DNA of 64,000 bases from a virus. Taxonomy: Duplodnaviria > Caudoviricetes. Shown here piece after piece: positions 61,559-64,000 of the stretch. Where the stretch lies: positions 4,697 through 68,696 of the IMG/VR virus record IMGVR_UViG_3300020577_002776; one strand, written 5' to 3'. The translations under genes were made by a program, and so were the position numbers. Position 1 is the first letter of the stretch; each line of letters opens with the position of its first letter. The notes beneath the pieces are model-generated. The model was not told the DNA's origin. It was given only the letters and a program-made list of their open reading frames with translations, and did not search any database.

Positions 61559-64000
61559 TTATCCTTCGATTTTTCGGCAGAAAGGCGCAGACAAGATCAT
61601 TGTTTGCTGCGCCGATGTGGACGATGGGACGACCGTCATTCGGTAGCCGATCATTGTTGTGTCAATGTCGGCATGGGCATGGCTGACGGCACGCACTGTG
61701 GTTACGCCAGTGCCAAATAGTGTTGCCAGCGGAGTGCCGACACTATTGGCAAGCTGCATGATTGACCCCGAATCATTGGGAAAGCTGTTGCTGTGTGGTG
61801 CCTCAATAATCAAGCGGTTGTCCTCGGCCCGTGCACAGTTGTGGTACTGGGCCAAGGATGCGTAGGCCGCATCTGCCGCGATTGCGGTGTTGATGGCAGC
61901 AGCAACCGCCTTGGCCGTGGTCAGGCCATTGACTGCAATCGCCGCGCTGGTTCCTCGGTTGTCGATGTTGAGCGTGATGGAGTCCGTTCCGCCAAAGCTG
62001 AACGGGCCAGCAATACCGCGCGCATATGCGGGCGCGGGGTTTTTACGTGGGGGAACTGTAAACAGCATCTTGGCAACGCCAACCGTGCCGCCGTAGGCCG
62101 GATGCGACGATACAAAGGTTTGGCCGATGTTGTTGCCGTCACCCATGCCGTTATGAATGGCGTACAGATTGAGACGCACGCTGTTGGCGCTGCCCCAGTT
62201 CGACAAGTCCATAAACATACCGAGCGAGTACGTTTTACCCGGCTCCAAGGTCAGCATGCAGCCAATAGGCGTTTTGTTGGATCCAAGCGCGCCCACTGTT
62301 TGCAGGGTCAGCGCACCGTCTGCGATCGCGGCCTGTGCCCAGTCGGATGACGATGTACTGACCGCCCAGCCGGGCATTGCCATGCCGCCGTTACCTTGCA
62401 GCACGGTAGTGATGCCAAGGATGTTGTTGGAGCGGCCATTGCGGAACTTGGGGTTGAACACCAAATTGCTCGGGGCACGTTTTTTGAGCCGGTAGTATTC
62501 CGCTTCGGTGGGCGCAAGGATCTCAATCCGTCCAGCATCGCGCAGTGCAGCGGCATATTTGACTTCGCGCACGTAGGGGCCTTCGTCTTGATCGGCGCTG
62601 CTGGTGTAGAGCGATGGGCTTTGTACGTTGAGCGTATAGCCTGATGCATCGTTTGGCGTGGGGGTACACAAGTGGTTAAGCCAGTTGACCACCCAGCCGT
62701 CCCCATCACCCAGCGCATCAATGACCGCCAAAACATCGGACTCTGTGTAAGGAGTGGACGACGCCGACGCAGAGATAGACGTAAAGTGCCCGGTGAACTT
62801 GCCCGCATGATTGGCGGGCATGGCGTGGGGAGAAATGCCCGAATACAACTCGGCGTAAGACCGGTTGCCGCGCCACGATACATGCTCGTCCGCAATTTCT
62901 TCGGTGTGCCATGGCCAGAAACGCCCACCAGATTGCGCAAAAGAATTGAGAGTGAGGCCGTAGAGCGAAGCCGCACGTTCTTTTGTCGCTTTGATCTGCC
63001 GCAGGAAGGTGTAGTTGTGGCCGATACCACCAGAGCATTGAATGCCGTAGTGGTTGATAGAGCGCGCCTGCCCGATGCGGTGCAAGCCAGTGCCCAGTTC
63101 GTCACCAAAGCAGTACGTTTCTCGCTGCTTTTGTCCGGGGTTGAGGGCCGACGAACCAGCCACTGTTTGGGCGGCGTAGCCGTTGTCCATCACCAAAGCA
63201 GTCAGTCCGGTGACGTTGAGAGCGTTGATGGCTGTGACAATAGCAGTAAGCGTTGTCGATGTAGATTGAGCAATCAGGCGTGCGCCGTCCGCGAAGATGC
63301 TGAAGAAGTTTGATCCATCGTTAACGCTGATGGAAACATCCTTGTAGGCCGTCCCAGAATAGCGGATCATGATGCCGCCAGACAGAGCAAATCGCTGGTT
63401 GCTGTTTGTGGTATCACTACCACCAAGCGAAACGACGCTACGCGCTGCGTTCAGAGGCATCATAGATGTAGATGGCTCTGTCCCTAGTAGCTCGGTTGCA
63501 ATCTCGCAATTCCACCCAGCCAGCGCGGCGATGGCAGCACTCAAAGTTGCAAGCGTTGTGTAGGTTGCGAACGCGAAGTTTGTAGCGCCCGTAGTGGCTG
63601 TGCTTGTAGTTAGTTGCGTTGTGCTGACATTGACTGTTGGTGTAGCCTCGGCGCCTGTGTACCAGACACGGATACCTGTATTTGCCAACTCCCAAAAGTG
63701 CGCGTGTCGGGCGCCATGGCTGACAAACTCCACGCCTTGCGACTGCAATGTTTGCGCCTGCGCCACTGTCATCATTTCGGTCTTGCCCAGCGTTGCACCG
63801 TAGCCACTTGTATGCTCGGCAGACTCATCTGCGCAGATTGCCAGGTATGGGCGGATTCCAAGATCGGAAAACATCTTGCCAAGACCGTTATTCTCTGTGC
63901 CCCACCACTGCTTATACGGATGGTCGCCTCCCATAGTCAGTACAGACTTATTTACGGATGCAGGGGCTGTCGAGGGCATAACTCTACCCCCCGGCCCCAC
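61559..64000 (-). CDS. 5'-truncated large protein with a split, degenerate NodB/polysaccharide deacetylase-like domain and CBM-like beta-sandwich
   Basis: LTMGGD, MT..QAQ.LQSQG.EFVSHG.RH, later QIK.TKE...G..LNSFA; SNLVFNP...LEPGKTYSL (CBM-like); frame open to the window edge. Confidence 0.6.
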   Translation of the reverse strand: MGPGGRVMPSTAPASVNKSVLTMGGDHPYKQWWGTENNGLGKMFSDLGIRPYLAICADESAEHTSGYGATLGKTEMMTVAQAQTLQSQGVEFVSHGARHAHFWELANTGIRVWYTGAEATPTVNVSTTQLTTSTATTGATNFAFATYTTLATLSAAIAALAGWNCEIATELLGTEPSTSMMPLNAARSVVSLGGSDTTNSNQRFALSGGIMIRYSGTAYKDVSISVNDGSNFFSIFADGARLIAQSTSTTLTAIVTAINALNVTGLTALVMDNGYAAQTVAGSSALNPGQKQRETYCFGDELGTGLHRIGQARSINHYGIQCSGGIGHNYTFLRQIKATKERAASLYGLTLNSFAQSGGRFWPWHTEEIADEHVSWRGNRSYAELYSGISPHAMPANHAGKFTGHFTSISASASSTPYTESDVLAVIDALGDGDGWVVNWLNHLCTPTPNDASGYTLNVQSPSLYTSSADQDEGPYVREVKYAAALRDAGRIEILAPTEAEYYRLKKRAPSNLVFNPKFRNGRSNNILGITTVLQGNGGMAMPGWAVSTSSSDWAQAAIADGALTLQTVGALGSNKTPIGCMLTLEPGKTYSLGMFMDLSNWGSANSVRLNLYAIHNGMGDGNNIGQTFVSSHPAYGGTVGVAKMLFTVPPRKNPAPAYARGIAGPFSFGGTDSITLNIDNRGTSAAIAVNGLTTAKAVAAAINTAIAADAAYASLAQYHNCARAEDNRLIIEAPHSNSFPNDSGSIMQLANSVGTPLATLFGTGVTTVRAVSHAHADIDTTMIGYRMTVVPSSTSAQQTMILSAPFCRKIEG

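Larger units (their letters stand above)
1..64000. mobile_element. Segment of a tailed dsDNA phage genome (contractile-tailed myovirus); both ends continue beyond the window
   Basis: Portal, capsid, sheath, tube, baseplate, lysis and full replication modules are present with dense co-oriented operons; no host housekeeping genes or integrase seen. Confidence 0.97.

Noticed and set aside
1-64000. tRNA, rRNA, CRISPR array, integrase/att sites and terminase
   Set aside because: None recognised by eye; terminase is presumably beyond the window edge, and tRNAscan-SE on the full genome would be decisive for tRNAs

Overview
This window is about 64 kb of a tailed dsDNA phage genome with a contractile tail (myovirus). 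It is GC-rich, and a Betaproteobacteria-like host is only an inference. No host genes, rRNA, tRNA, CRISPR array or integrase were recognised. There are three blocks. (1) Positions 1-9.1 kb, minus strand: accessory and regulatory genes (MmcB-like nuclease, MazG-like protein, queD, DUF932, ParB-like, HNH genes) plus an ~800-nt non-coding, hairpin-dense region at 1351-2135. (2) Positions 9.2-36.6 kb, plus strand: replication, recombination and DNA modification. This block has queE, queC, folE and dpdA (7-deazaguanine pathway), 5'-3' exonuclease, DnaB-like and SNF2 helicases, primase, a sigma-like factor, beta clamp, a UDG-fused family A polymerase, clamp loader, gp32-like SSB, RecA, RuvC, SbcCD and three GIY-YIG/NUMOD3 endonucleases. 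(3) Positions 36.6-64 kb, minus strand: lysis cassette, two tail fibres, baseplate, tail, head and portal. The terminase is not in the window. The most notable signals are: the large structured RNA candidate with an internal phage-type promoter and alternative pairings; a ten-copy promoter motif (NTADN-N13-GTATA); an amber codon at the conserved Glu of folE; a QueC lacking all four zinc cysteines; an orphan ORF carrying a Pol I motif; signal-peptide-like leaders on both capsid proteins; and an octamer cluster beside an AT-rich palindrome (candidate origin). All protein assignments come from motif recognition by eye; no database searches were run.
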